Assembly (NCBI GenBank): GCA_963974445.1
Contig: CAXBDI010000005.1
Location: 1-62,650 of the forward strand
Source: an uncultured Alphaproteobacteria bacterium
Lineage (GTDB): Bacteria; Pseudomonadota; Alphaproteobacteria; Bin95
Reading direction: 5' to 3'
DNA length: 62,650 nucleotides
How positions within the stretch are numbered: position 1 is the first letter of the stretch; each line of letters starts with the position of its first letter. The translations under genes were made by a program, and so were the position numbers. The notes under the pieces were generated by a model that was not told where the DNA came from, ran no database searches, and was given only the letters and a program-made list of their open reading frames with translations. Positions 42,111 through 51,271 of the stretch are shown here, piece by piece.

Positions 42111-44015
42111 TTGAAAACCCATCACGCAGCCACGCCGGCCAAATTCGGAACCGTGCTCGGCCACGGTCCGGGCGGCGTGCCGGTCTACTCCTCCGATTAC
42201 GACAGTGCCGACGATGACGAATTTCCAGACCGCCAGTCCTATCGCAGCATCGAGGACGGCGTCTATATGGGCCACAAATGGCAGTGCGTGGAACTGGCCC
42301 GCCGCTGGCTCTATCGCACCCATGGCTACATTTTTGACGACATCGCGATGGCCTACGACATCTTTCGCCTGCGCCAGGTTCGCACTGTTGCGGAGGGCGA
42401 GACCTTGCCGCTGCAATCCATCCGCAACGGCGCGCCGCGGCCGCCGGAGCCCGGCGCACTGCTGATCTGGAACGAGGGCGGCGAATTCGAGGTAACCGGG
42501 CACGTCGCCGTGGTGACGGAAGTGCTGGCCGATTGCGTGCGCTGCATCGAACAGAATGTCGAGGATACAGTCTGGCCGACCGGCCAGACCTGGTCGCGGC
42601 AATTGCCGATGCGTCGCCTCGCCGACGGTGGCTATTGGGTGGATTGCACCTATGCCGATGCCAGTATTCTGGGTTGGGTGCTGCAATCAGACGACCCGAC
42701 CCACGCGGAAACAGCGCTGAAGGACGATCCGGCATTGTTCTCGATCCAACGCCGACATCTCGCTAGCCCGCCGCCGGTCGATGCCCCCTGGCTTGACCGC
42801 GACGACGCCATGCAGGCCAACTACATGGCGCTGATGGGTGGCCCGGTGCTCTCGACCGACCCCGCCGACATGCATGCCTTTTACGCGATCAGCGAGACGG
42901 CGATGCGCGAACTCAGGCGGGCGTGCAACGAACTGCACCGCATGTTCCTGCATGCGACCAACCATGTGCTGGAAAACGATGCGCTGCTGGCGCATTTCCA
43001 ACTGCCGCCGGCGCTCTGGCCACGCATCCGCCAATCCTGGAGCAATCGCCGCAACCAGATGATCACCGGGCGCTTCGACTTCGCCGTTCGTCCCGATGGC
43101 ATCAAGGCTTACGAATATAACGCTGATTCCGCCTCCTGCTATATGGAGGCCGGGTTCCTGTTCGGGCGGTGGGCGGAAGCCTTCGGTTGCACAGCCGGGC
43201 GCGATCCCGCAGTCGGCCTGCATGACGCCTTGGCCGAGGCCTGGCGGCAGAGCGGCGTCACCGGTCTGCTGCACATTATGCTGGATCACGACCTGGAGGA
43301 GAACTACCACGCCCTGTTCATGCACCGCGCGATGGAGGCCGCGGGCGTCCGCTGCAAGATCATTCATGGCGTCGAGGACCTGAAATGGGGCGAGGGCGGT
43401 CAGGTTCTGGATGCAGAAGGCGAGCCGATCCTCTGGGTATGGAAGACCTGGGCCTGGGAAACCGCGCTCGACGAAATTCGTGACGACCTGGATGACGACG
43501 CCGAGAACCTGCGCCTGCACCGCACCATCGACCGCGCCACCCAGCCGCCGCGCATCGTCGATGTGCTGCTGCGGGAGGAGGTGATGGTGTTCGAGCCCCT
43601 GTGGACGCTCGTCACCAGCAACAAGGCGATTCTGCCGGTGGTAAAGCAGATGTTTCCCTCCAGCCGCTTTCTGCTGAACACCGCTTTCGAACTGACGGAC
43701 GAGTTGCGCGGCGCCGGGTACGCTGCCAAACCGATTGTCGGGCGCTGCGGCGCCAACATCGCGCTCTACAACCGCAAAGAGGACCTGGTCGCGGAGACCG
43801 ACGGCCGCTTCGACGACCGCGATACCATCTATCAGGAACTGTTCCGGCTGCCGCAGATCGAGGGCCGCAATGCCCAGATCCAGGCGTTCTCCGTCGCAGG
43901 CAATTTCGCCGGCGCCGGCATCCGGCTCGACTCCTCGCTGATCATTACCACTGACAGCGACCTGCTGCCGCTGCGGGTGTTGCCAGACGACGAATTCCTG
44001 GCACTCGGTCCCTAA
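42111..44015 (+). CDS. gsp: Bifunctional glutathionylspermidine amidase/synthetase
   Basis: N-terminal CHAP amidase (KWQCVELARRWL, GHVAVV); C-terminal ATP-grasp synthetase (GRFDF, YEYNADSASC, WKTWAWE, FEPLW, KPIVGRCGANI); 634 aa. Confidence 0.92.
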   Translation: MKTHHAATPAKFGTVLGHGPGGVPVYSSDYDSADDDEFPDRQSYRSIEDGVYMGHKWQCVELARRWLYRTHGYIFDDIAMAYDIFRLRQVRTVAEGETLPLQSIRNGAPRPPEPGALLIWNEGGEFEVTGHVAVVTEVLADCVRCIEQNVEDTVWPTGQTWSRQLPMRRLADGGYWVDCTYADASILGWVLQSDDPTHAETALKDDPALFSIQRRHLASPPPVDAPWLDRDDAMQANYMALMGGPVLSTDPADMHAFYAISETAMRELRRACNELHRMFLHATNHVLENDALLAHFQLPPALWPRIRQSWSNRRNQMITGRFDFAVRPDGIKAYEYNADSASCYMEAGFLFGRWAEAFGCTAGRDPAVGLHDALAEAWRQSGVTGLLHIMLDHDLEENYHALFMHRAMEAAGVRCKIIHGVEDLKWGEGGQVLDAEGEPILWVWKTWAWETALDEIRDDLDDDAENLRLHRTIDRATQPPRIVDVLLREEVMVFEPLWTLVTSNKAILPVVKQMFPSSRFLLNTAFELTDELRGAGYAAKPIVGRCGANIALYNRKEDLVAETDGRFDDRDTIYQELFRLPQIEGRNAQIQAFSVAGNFAGAGIRLDSSLIITTDSDLLPLRVLPDDEFLALGP

Positions 44016-44046
44016 TCACCAACGGTATCAAATGCCCACGTCCCGC

Positions 44047-44128
44047 CGTCATCAACACAATTGCGAGGCGGCGAAGCCGCCGTGGCAATCCACGGGCACT
44101 GCAGGGATGGATTGCCTCTGGATTGCTT
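44047..44128. repeat. Degenerate CGTC-tagged REP doublet (copy C)
   Basis: CGTCAT[insert]TGCGAGGCGGCGAAGCCGCCGTGGCAATCCA...TGGATTGCC, second arm truncated. Confidence 0.7.
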
Positions 44129-44189
44129 GTCCGATGATGTTTCCGATCCATCGGGGTTATGATGGGTCGAGGCAGTTGGGTTCGGTCAT
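44120..44189 (-). pseudogene. Possible 5' remnant of hydantoinase B/oxoprolinase subunit
   Basis: GGAG RBS and ATGA overlap with the hydantoinase A stop; reads MTEPNCLDP then, after a frame break, IIGQAIQ, resembling the HyuB start 'LDPITLEII.NAL'; ends in the REP element. Confidence 0.45.
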
Positions 44190-46258
44190 GCGCTTGCTCC
44201 GCCGAGGGTTATGATCAGGCTGCCGTCTGCGGCCACAATGGCCTTGTCGGCAGGGTCCAGCGGTGTCGTGGCGTCGAGTTGCTCGGCGATAACCGGGCCG
44301 GAAAAGCCCATGCCAGGCGTCAGGACCGCCCGATCATAGACCGGCGTCTCGACCGACGCGCCCGGCGCTGTGTCGAACCAGACCGGGCGGCGTTCCCGCG
44401 GCGCCGGCAGTGCAGGCGGCTCGGCGGGCAAGGGCGGCAAGACCGGCTCTTTGTGCATCGGCGCACGGGCGGTCAGGCGGAAGGCGACGACCTCGACTAC
44501 ATCATAGGGATTGTGGAAGCCGTAGGCCTGATCGTGCGCTGCAAAGAAGCCGCGGCGGATGCTGGCCGCGTCCGGCAAGGGCACGGTCTCGCCCTGCCGG
44601 GCTTCCGCTAGCGGGACGGTCAGTTCGAAATTCTGACCCTGGTAGCGCATATCCGCGGCAAGGTTCAGCCGGCCCGCCAGCGCGTTCTGCGCTGCCAGCC
44701 AGGACTCTGCCTGAGACGCCAGATCGCCGATCAGCGCCGAGGCCGCAGCCAGCGCCGCATCGTCGACGGCCAGACGTTCGGCGGCAACGAAATCCTCCTT
44801 CAAATCGGCGACGATCAGCCCCTCGGCGCACAGGATGCCCGGCGCCGGCGGCACGACGATCCGGTCGATGCCCAACTCCACGGCAACCGCCCGCGCGTGC
44901 AAGGCCCCGGCCCCGCCGAACGCCATCAGCGCGAAGTCGCGCGGATCGTGGCCTTTCTCTACCGAGATCGTGCGGATCGAGCGCACCATGTTGGCGACCG
45001 CGATATCCAACACACCGCGCGCCACCTGCTCGATGCTCAGGCCAAGCCGCCCGGCAATCGGCTCCAGCGACTGCCGCGCCAAAGCGGGATCGAGCGCCAT
45101 GTCGCCGCCGAGCAAGCCACGGGCCGACAGCCGGCCCAGCACCAGATTGGCGTCGGTCACGGTCGGCTCGGTGCCGCCCTGGCCATAGCAGGCCGGGCCG
45201 GGCACCGCGCCGGCACTCTGCGGGCCGACTTTCATCAGGCCATCCAGATCGAACCAGGCGATAGAGCCGCCGCCCGCGCCGACCGTGTCGATATCGACCA
45301 TCGGCAGACGGATCGGGAAGTCGGCAACCGTGCGCTGATAGGCGAGCGCTGGCTCCGCATTGCGGATCAGGGCCACGTCCGCGCTGGTGCCGCCCATATC
45401 CAAGGTAATCACGTCCGGAATGCCCACCCGCCGCGCCACCGCGGCCGCGCCCATGGCGCCCGCCGCCGGGCCGGAGAGGGCGGTACGCACCGGCAGTTGC
45501 TGCGCCGTTGCCGGCGTCATCAGCCCGCCGGAGGATTGGTTGATCCCCAGGGCGGCTTTAGGTGCGAGCTTGCCGATGCCCTCTGCCAGCCGCGCGACAT
45601 AGCCGGCCATGACCGGTTGCAGATAGGCGTTGATCACGGTCGTCGAGAAGCGTTCGAACTCGCGAAACTCCGGCTGCACGGTGCTGGAAAGCGACAGGTT
45701 CAGGTCCGGCATTGCCTGCGCCAACGCCTCGCCCAGAGCTTGCTCGTGCTGCGGCGATTCGAAGGCGAACAGCAGGCAGACGGCGCAGGCATCGGCCGCC
45801 GTCGCCCGCACCGCCTCAACCACGCGGGCGATCTCGTCGGCTTCGAGGGCCTGCACGACACGGCCGCCGGCGGTGATCCGCTCAGCGACTTCCAGCCGGC
45901 GCTCCTCCGGCACCAGAGGCCGCGGCGCATCCAGTTGCAGGTCGTACATGTGCGGACGCACCTGACGGCCAATTTCCAGCAGGTCGCGAAAGCCCTTGGT
46001 CGTGACCAGCGTTACCTTGCCGCCGCGCCGCTGGATCAGAGCATTCGTCGCCACCGTCGTACCATGAGCGACACGCGCGGCGCTGCCCAAGTCCAGCGCA
46101 GTAGTGGCTGTCATCTCCTCCAGGCCGGACAGAATGGCGCGCCCCGGATCGTCGGGCGTCGATGCGCGCTTGTAGAGCGCCTGCTCACCCGTTTCCGGGT
46201 TGACGGCAAAGAAGTCCGTGAAGGTGCCGCCTACGTCAACACCGACCACCCAAACCAT
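44186..46258 (-). CDS. Hydantoinase A / 5-oxoprolinase ATP-binding subunit
   Basis: GVDVGGTFTD, HGTTVATNA, SGPAAG, DMGGTSAD, GAGGGSIA, TVTDANLVLG, MRYQGQNFE. Confidence 0.94.
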   Translation of the reverse strand: MVWVVGVDVGGTFTDFFAVNPETGEQALYKRASTPDDPGRAILSGLEEMTATTALDLGSAARVAHGTTVATNALIQRRGGKVTLVTTKGFRDLLEIGRQVRPHMYDLQLDAPRPLVPEERRLEVAERITAGGRVVQALEADEIARVVEAVRATAADACAVCLLFAFESPQHEQALGEALAQAMPDLNLSLSSTVQPEFREFERFSTTVINAYLQPVMAGYVARLAEGIGKLAPKAALGINQSSGGLMTPATAQQLPVRTALSGPAAGAMGAAAVARRVGIPDVITLDMGGTSADVALIRNAEPALAYQRTVADFPIRLPMVDIDTVGAGGGSIAWFDLDGLMKVGPQSAGAVPGPACYGQGGTEPTVTDANLVLGRLSARGLLGGDMALDPALARQSLEPIAGRLGLSIEQVARGVLDIAVANMVRSIRTISVEKGHDPRDFALMAFGGAGALHARAVAVELGIDRIVVPPAPGILCAEGLIVADLKEDFVAAERLAVDDAALAAASALIGDLASQAESWLAAQNALAGRLNLAADMRYQGQNFELTVPLAEARQGETVPLPDAASIRRGFFAAHDQAYGFHNPYDVVEVVAFRLTARAPMHKEPVLPPLPAEPPALPAPRERRPVWFDTAPGASVETPVYDRAVLTPGMGFSGPVIAEQLDATTPLDPADKAIVAADGSLIITLGGASA

Positions 46259-46302
46259 GGGGGAAACCCTTTCGAAACGCTAATGGAATTCGCCGGGCGT
46301 GC

Positions 46303-46854
46303 TTAAGCGGCCGACGCCTTGGCCTCAGCTTCGGGCTCGATCTCTAATTGCAGAACGTCATTGAAGCGGTTGAATGCGCCGCAAAGCGCAATCCGCCAAG
46401 TCAATTCCACGATTTGGTCGTTTGAGAATACGGCCCGCAACCGTTCGAAGATCGCGTCGCGGGTCCGGTTCGGGTCGAGGGTCACTTGCTTAGCGTATTC
46501 GACAACCAGCTTGTCGACATCGTCGAGTTCCGGATGGTTCTGGTAGTCCAGCAGCGATTGCACGCCGGCCTCTGACAGTCCCTGAATCGAGAGCATCGGG
46601 CCATGATGGGCAACGCAATAGTCGCACTTGTTCAACAACGAGACGGCAACCAGCGAAAGCTCCAGATAGCGGCGCGGCAGCACGCCCTCTTCCTTCAACT
46701 CGGCCAGCATCCGGGCAGCATTGCGCAGGATCGGCGCCCGGTGCGCCATCGCGCCGGCGAGGTTGGCGAACGGCCCATAGCCGGTCAGCGCATCGAACTC
46801 CGCCAAGGCGTCCGGCGCGACCTCTTCACGGGTAACATAGGGAATACGGGCCAT
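46303..46854 (-). CDS. Carboxymuconolactone decarboxylase / AhpD-like protein
   Basis: MARIPYV start, ELSLVAVSLLNKCDYCVAHH CxxC-H motif, FNRFND. Confidence 0.88.
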   Translation of the reverse strand: MARIPYVTREEVAPDALAEFDALTGYGPFANLAGAMAHRAPILRNAARMLAELKEEGVLPRRYLELSLVAVSLLNKCDYCVAHHGPMLSIQGLSEAGVQSLLDYQNHPELDDVDKLVVEYAKQVTLDPNRTRDAIFERLRAVFSNDQIVELTWRIALCGAFNRFNDVLQLEIEPEAEAKASAA

Positions 46855-46919
46855 GGTGCGGGCGCTCCTTCAGCGGCAAGTTCAGGATCGCGCCATTCTC
46901 ACCATGTTTTCGCCCGGGT

Positions 46920-47498
46920 CTAGGGGGCAGCCTGTTGCGGGTGGATCGCGCGCCAGTAAAGCGGATCGCCGGGGTACTGCCGCGCCAGCCATTTCAAGTC
47001 CACCTGATACCAGGGCGAGACGCGGCCATTGCGGTTGTCCAACACCAGATCGCCACGATTGCTGCGCACGACCAACACGACATGCGCCATGCCGTCGCGA
47101 TCCCGGCCGATGGCCAACCATAGCGCATTGCCGGGCCATCCGGCGCGAACCAGCGCCTGTCGTTTGGCCAGCGCGATGTCCTCACAATCGCCAATTCGCT
47201 TGGCGATTACCCAATAGTCACTGCGCCCGAATGCCTCCCAATCGGTGCGGTAGCGAATATGTGAATTCAACTTTTGATTGTAATTTTCCAACGCGATCCA
47301 ACCACCATCGGTCAAGTTGACAGACCGACTTCCGCCAGCGTCGTCCCGGCAGGCGAACGGCGACCGCTTGCACAGTTCGCGGAAACCCGTCGGGGCCAAA
47401 ACCTCCTTACCATATTGTAAATAGGAGATTTTAGCGATAGCACTATCAGTTATAGAGAGGAGGACTGCAAGGGCTAGCACAACGGTTTGCAAGGGCAT
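46920..47498 (-). CDS. Transglutaminase-like cysteine peptidase (BTLCP/C93, LapG-like), exported
   Basis: Signal peptide; FGRSDYW, GDCEDIALAKR, HVVLVV, DLVLDN catalytic Cys-His-Asp. Confidence 0.9.
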   Translation of the reverse strand: MPLQTVVLALAVLLSITDSAIAKISYLQYGKEVLAPTGFRELCKRSPFACRDDAGGSRSVNLTDGGWIALENYNQKLNSHIRYRTDWEAFGRSDYWVIAKRIGDCEDIALAKRQALVRAGWPGNALWLAIGRDRDGMAHVVLVVRSNRGDLVLDNRNGRVSPWYQVDLKWLARQYPGDPLYWRAIHPQQAAP

Positions 47499-47699
47499 TC
47501 TCAAGGTCTTTCCCAAAATTCGTCAATCGGAAGTTATGCAACTTTTATTAGAGTACAAATTACAATTCCAAAACGCAATCATGTTTTGTTCCTCGCTGTG
47601 TTCCGCACGGCGGGCGAGCCGCAAAACCGGGGCCTTGCAAAGCTGTAGCGACGGTGAAAGATTGCGGCCTTACGTTCCGAAACGAGACGGGTGAACTTT

Positions 47700-48275
47700 A
47701 TGCGTCGCTTATGGGTTGTAGGCGCGGTGATTTGGCTGGTGATCGCGCCCAGCCTGGCGACGGCTGTCGATCCGGCCGGGATGATCAGAAGCCTGGCTAG
47801 TCAAGCGCTGGAGGTTCTGTCCACTTCAGCGCCCCGCGATATCGAACGCCGCGCCAAGCTGGAAACTTTGTTCCGCCAATCGATGGACATCGACTTCGTT
47901 GCCCGCTTCGCCGCCGGCCGCTATTGGCGCCAGATGAGCGATCAGGAGCAGCAGGATTACCGTGACGCGTTCGAGCAATACGTGCTCAGACTCTATGCCG
48001 GACAGTTGAACGGGTATTCCGGCGAATCCTTCACAGTGCTCGGCAGCCGCGAGGTGGACGCGAACGATACCATCGTCTCGTCGCAACTTAGCCGCCCGAA
48101 CAAGGCGCCGGTCGATATCGATTGGCGGGTCCGGATGTCTGGTGGTGAGGCAAAAATTATCGACGTATCAATCGAGGGCGTCAGCATGGCATTGAACCAG
48201 CGCCAGGAGTTTTCATCTATCATGCAGCGCGAAGGCGTTGCTGGCCTGATCAAGCGCCTGCGTCAGCCAGGGTAG
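47700..48275 (+). CDS. MlaC/Ttg2D-family periplasmic phospholipid-binding protein
   Basis: Signal peptide; ARFAAGRYWR, IDWRV, IIDVSIEGVSMALNQRQEF. Confidence 0.88.
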   Translation: MRRLWVVGAVIWLVIAPSLATAVDPAGMIRSLASQALEVLSTSAPRDIERRAKLETLFRQSMDIDFVARFAAGRYWRQMSDQEQQDYRDAFEQYVLRLYAGQLNGYSGESFTVLGSREVDANDTIVSSQLSRPNKAPVDIDWRVRMSGGEAKIIDVSIEGVSMALNQRQEFSSIMQREGVAGLIKRLRQPG

Positions 48276-48308
48276 GTCGTCGCGCAAGGCCCTTCGCTTG
48301 GCTTCTCG

Positions 48309-49166
48309 TCAGGCGGCCAGCGCTGCAAGCACCAATGGATTGACTAGGTCGGGGCGCTCGTATTGCGCCCAATGCCCCGCGCCATCCACTTTATGAAAGG
48401 CGCGGCACTGCGGCAGGCTGTGGAACAGATCTTGCCGCTCGAACAGGAACCTGCCGGCGGTCGCGTCTTTCTCACCGAAAATCCCGGTCACCGGCACGCG
48501 CATCGTCTGCAGCGCCCTCCGCAGGCTATCGCCGCGCGGAATGGCGCCGCTGCGGATGCGGGCCTTGGCCGTGTTGCGGTCCTGGATATAGAGCGCCAGT
48601 GGGTCGATCCGTTCCGCGTCGCCGAACATGACGATGGCCAGGTTCTGGCGATGCACCTCGGCGCGTTGGGCTGCCGTCATGCCGCGCCGCATCTTGGCGA
48701 GCGTCGGCCGCTCGTCGCTCAGGCGCACGCCCAGCGCGTTCGAGCCTATGACGATGAAGCCATCGCAACGGTCCTGCAGCCGCAGCAGCGCCTGACCCGC
48801 GATGATACCGCCGAAGGAAAAGCCGGCGATCCGGAAGCGCTCGTCCGGTGCCAGCGCAAACGCAATCGCATCTGCGGCCAGCGCGCCGATGCTGACAATA
48901 TCCCAATCGTCAGGCGGTGAATCGCTATCGCCGAGCCCCGGCGTGTCGCCGGCGATCACCCGGTAGCCGGCGGCCACTAGGGCCGGGATATTCTTGGTCC
49001 AATGGGTCCAGGCGCCAAATGAGCCATGCATCAGAAACACCGGCGGCCCGCTGCCCCATTGCTTCCAAACCATATGGCCGCCATGCGGCATCGGTGCACG
49101 AATTTCGCGCGCATCCATCTCCAACCCGCCCATGTAGGAGGCCGGGTCCAACGGTTCCGCCATCAT
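48309..49166 (-). CDS. Alpha/beta-fold hydrolase
   Basis: HGSFG oxyanion motif, nucleophile elbow GFSFGG, GEKD, GAGHWAQYE. Confidence 0.88.
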   Translation of the reverse strand: MMAEPLDPASYMGGLEMDAREIRAPMPHGGHMVWKQWGSGPPVFLMHGSFGAWTHWTKNIPALVAAGYRVIAGDTPGLGDSDSPPDDWDIVSIGALAADAIAFALAPDERFRIAGFSFGGIIAGQALLRLQDRCDGFIVIGSNALGVRLSDERPTLAKMRRGMTAAQRAEVHRQNLAIVMFGDAERIDPLALYIQDRNTAKARIRSGAIPRGDSLRRALQTMRVPVTGIFGEKDATAGRFLFERQDLFHSLPQCRAFHKVDGAGHWAQYERPDLVNPLVLAALAA

Positions 49167-49184
49167 CGAGACTTCGGCTTTCCG

Positions 49185-49820
49185 TCAGGTGGGAACACGC
49201 GCCGGTGCGACACCGATCAGTGCATCGCGAGTCACCAGCGGTTTCAACTGGTCCTTGCTCCAGCCCTCGGTACCAGCCGGCTGCTGCGGCAACACGATAT
49301 AGCGCAGGTCGGCGGTTGAATCGTGCACCCGCACCTCGACATCGTCGCCGATCTCTGTGCCAAATTCGCTCAGCACCTGGCGAGGTCCCAGCACGACGCG
49401 AGCGCGGTAGGCCTTTTTCTTGTACCAGGCGGGCGGTATGCCCAGGACCGAGCGCGGATAGCAGGAGCAGAGGGTGCAGACGATGACGTTGTGCACATCG
49501 TCGGTGTTCTCCACCACCCGCACTTCCGGCTGGTGCTCCATGTCGATGCCCATTTCCTTGATGACGGCCATCGGCTCTGCCTTGAAGCGGGCCTTGTAGG
49601 CCGGATCGGTCCAGGCGCGGGCGATCAGCTCCTGCCCATTCTCGATGCCGCGGCTATCCATGCTGTCGATCTGACGTTGGATATCCTGAGCGGTCATCAG
49701 GCCCTTTTCGATGATCAGTTCACGGATCGCCTGCTCCAGATAATCATAGTCCGTATCCGGGTGATCCGGTTGAAAGGTCAGCGAGTGATCGTGGTCGTGG
49801 TGGTCGTGCGGATCAGCCAT
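49185..49820 (-). CDS. nthA: Nitrile hydratase alpha / thiocyanate hydrolase gamma-like subunit, cobalt-type motif
   Basis: ARAWTDPAYKAR, VENTDDVHNVIVCTLCSCYP, PPAWYK, VHDSTADLRY; His-rich N-terminus. Confidence 0.88.
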   Translation of the reverse strand: MADPHDHHDHDHSLTFQPDHPDTDYDYLEQAIRELIIEKGLMTAQDIQRQIDSMDSRGIENGQELIARAWTDPAYKARFKAEPMAVIKEMGIDMEHQPEVRVVENTDDVHNVIVCTLCSCYPRSVLGIPPAWYKKKAYRARVVLGPRQVLSEFGTEIGDDVEVRVHDSTADLRYIVLPQQPAGTEGWSKDQLKPLVTRDALIGVAPARVPT

Positions 49821-50100
49821 GGTCGGGCTCCAGCCAGTGATCGTAAATGTCGGCGAGGATCGTGTCTTTCGGCGAGCCCTGATACCCCGGCCACACCTCG
49901 GCCGGCGCGAACCTCACCTCGTAGAGCACGCGCGGCTCGCCCTTCTGGTAGTAGGCGATCTTCTCGGGATTCGGATAGTTGCCGTGGATCGACACCACTT
50001 GGCCCTTATGCCCGCGCAAATAGTGCGGCGTGCGGCAATGGCCGGTGGGCGTGTCGTTGCGGACGACCACAGCATCGCCCGGTTTCAATGTCGTTGCCAT
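49813..50100 (-). CDS. Nitrile hydratase beta C-terminal SH3-like domain as a stand-alone protein (thiocyanate hydrolase alpha-like)
   Basis: 95 aa; PGDAVVV, GHCRTPHYLRGHKG, LYEVRF...VW, DIYDHWLEP; overlaps the alpha-subunit start. Confidence 0.85.
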   Translation of the reverse strand: MATTLKPGDAVVVRNDTPTGHCRTPHYLRGHKGQVVSIHGNYPNPEKIAYYQKGEPRVLYEVRFAPAEVWPGYQGSPKDTILADIYDHWLEPDHG

Positions 50101-50183
50101 GGTAGACAGGTCCTTGGTGGCAAGAGCGGAACTCTGCGCTAGTTTAGGGGCAACGACGCCATCTGCAAAGGAAACTCCGCGCC

Positions 50184-51098
50184 ATGACCGAACGCCCGAC
50201 CGCCGCTCTGCGCCGCCTGCTCGCCGATCCGACCATCACGCAAATGCCCGGTGTTGTCGACGCGGCTTGGGCCAGGGTCGTGGCGGGCGCTGGCTTCGAT
50301 GCGCTCTATATGACGGGCGCCGGCACCAGCGCCTCCCGCCTAGGCTGGCCGGATGTGGGCCTGCTGACCATGAGCGAGATGGTGGATAACGCCGGACGCA
50401 TCGCCGATGTCGCCATCGCCCCGGACGGAAGGCAATTACCGCTGGTCGCCGACGCGGATACCGGCTATGGCGGCCCGCTCAACGTGCGCCGCACGATCCA
50501 GAGCTACGAGCGGGCCGGGGTTGCGGGCTTGCATATAGAGGACCAGGTCTGGCCGAAGCGCTGCGGCCATCTGGCCGGCAAGGCGGTGATCTCAACCGCC
50601 GATATGGTCGCTCACATCAAGGCCGCCTGCGATGCCCGGCACGACCAGGACTTCGTTGTCATCGCCCGCACCGACGCCATTGCGGTGGAAGGCTTCGAGG
50701 CCGGCCTGGACCGCGCCGCCGCCTATGCCGAAGCCGGTGCCGACGTGCTGTTCATCGAGGCGATGACCTCGCAGGAGCAGTTGGCGGAGGCCTGCCGCCG
50801 CTTCGAAGGCACGCACCTGCTCTATAACATGGCGACCAGCGGCAAGACCCCGCACCTATCGGCTGTCGAAATGCAGGCGTTGGGATTCTCCGTCTGCATC
50901 TATCCGGGTATTCTGCTGACCACCGCCATTCCGGCGGTGCAGCACATGTTGCAAATTTTGAAGGATACTGGCGACATCAAAACCGTGCTGAACCAGACGG
51001 CGACATTCCAGGAGTTCTTCGACCTGCTGGGCATGGACGAGGTCAAACGCCTGGAGGAGCGCTACGCCGTCAACGACGACCGGCGGGTGGGGTATTGA
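50184..51098 (+). CDS. Isocitrate lyase/PEP mutase family lyase (methylisocitrate/dimethylmalate lyase-like)
   Basis: ADADTGYG, HIEDQVWPKRCGH, IARTDA, GADVLFIE. Confidence 0.9.
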   Translation: MTERPTAALRRLLADPTITQMPGVVDAAWARVVAGAGFDALYMTGAGTSASRLGWPDVGLLTMSEMVDNAGRIADVAIAPDGRQLPLVADADTGYGGPLNVRRTIQSYERAGVAGLHIEDQVWPKRCGHLAGKAVISTADMVAHIKAACDARHDQDFVVIARTDAIAVEGFEAGLDRAAAYAEAGADVLFIEAMTSQEQLAEACRRFEGTHLLYNMATSGKTPHLSAVEMQALGFSVCIYPGILLTTAIPAVQHMLQILKDTGDIKTVLNQTATFQEFFDLLGMDEVKRLEERYAVNDDRRVGY

Positions 51099-51140
51099 CG
51101 GGAACCGGCGGGCGATTTCACCCTAACCCGCTGATTCAAT

Positions 51141-51226
51141 TGTCCCGGGCTTGACCCGGGATCCATGCCTGAGCGCATCTCACGCGCAACAGCCTGTCAC
51201 GCATGGGCCCCCGCTTTCGCAGGGAA
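51141..51226. repeat. Inverted palindromic repeat doublet (REP-like, different family)
   Basis: TCCCGGGCTTGACCCGGGATCCATGC ... GCATGGGCCCCCGCTTTCGCAGGGA between convergent genes. Confidence 0.65.
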
Positions 51227-51271
51227 AGGGAAGTCTCGAGACGCGGCGAATGAAACGGCGACCGCTATAGG

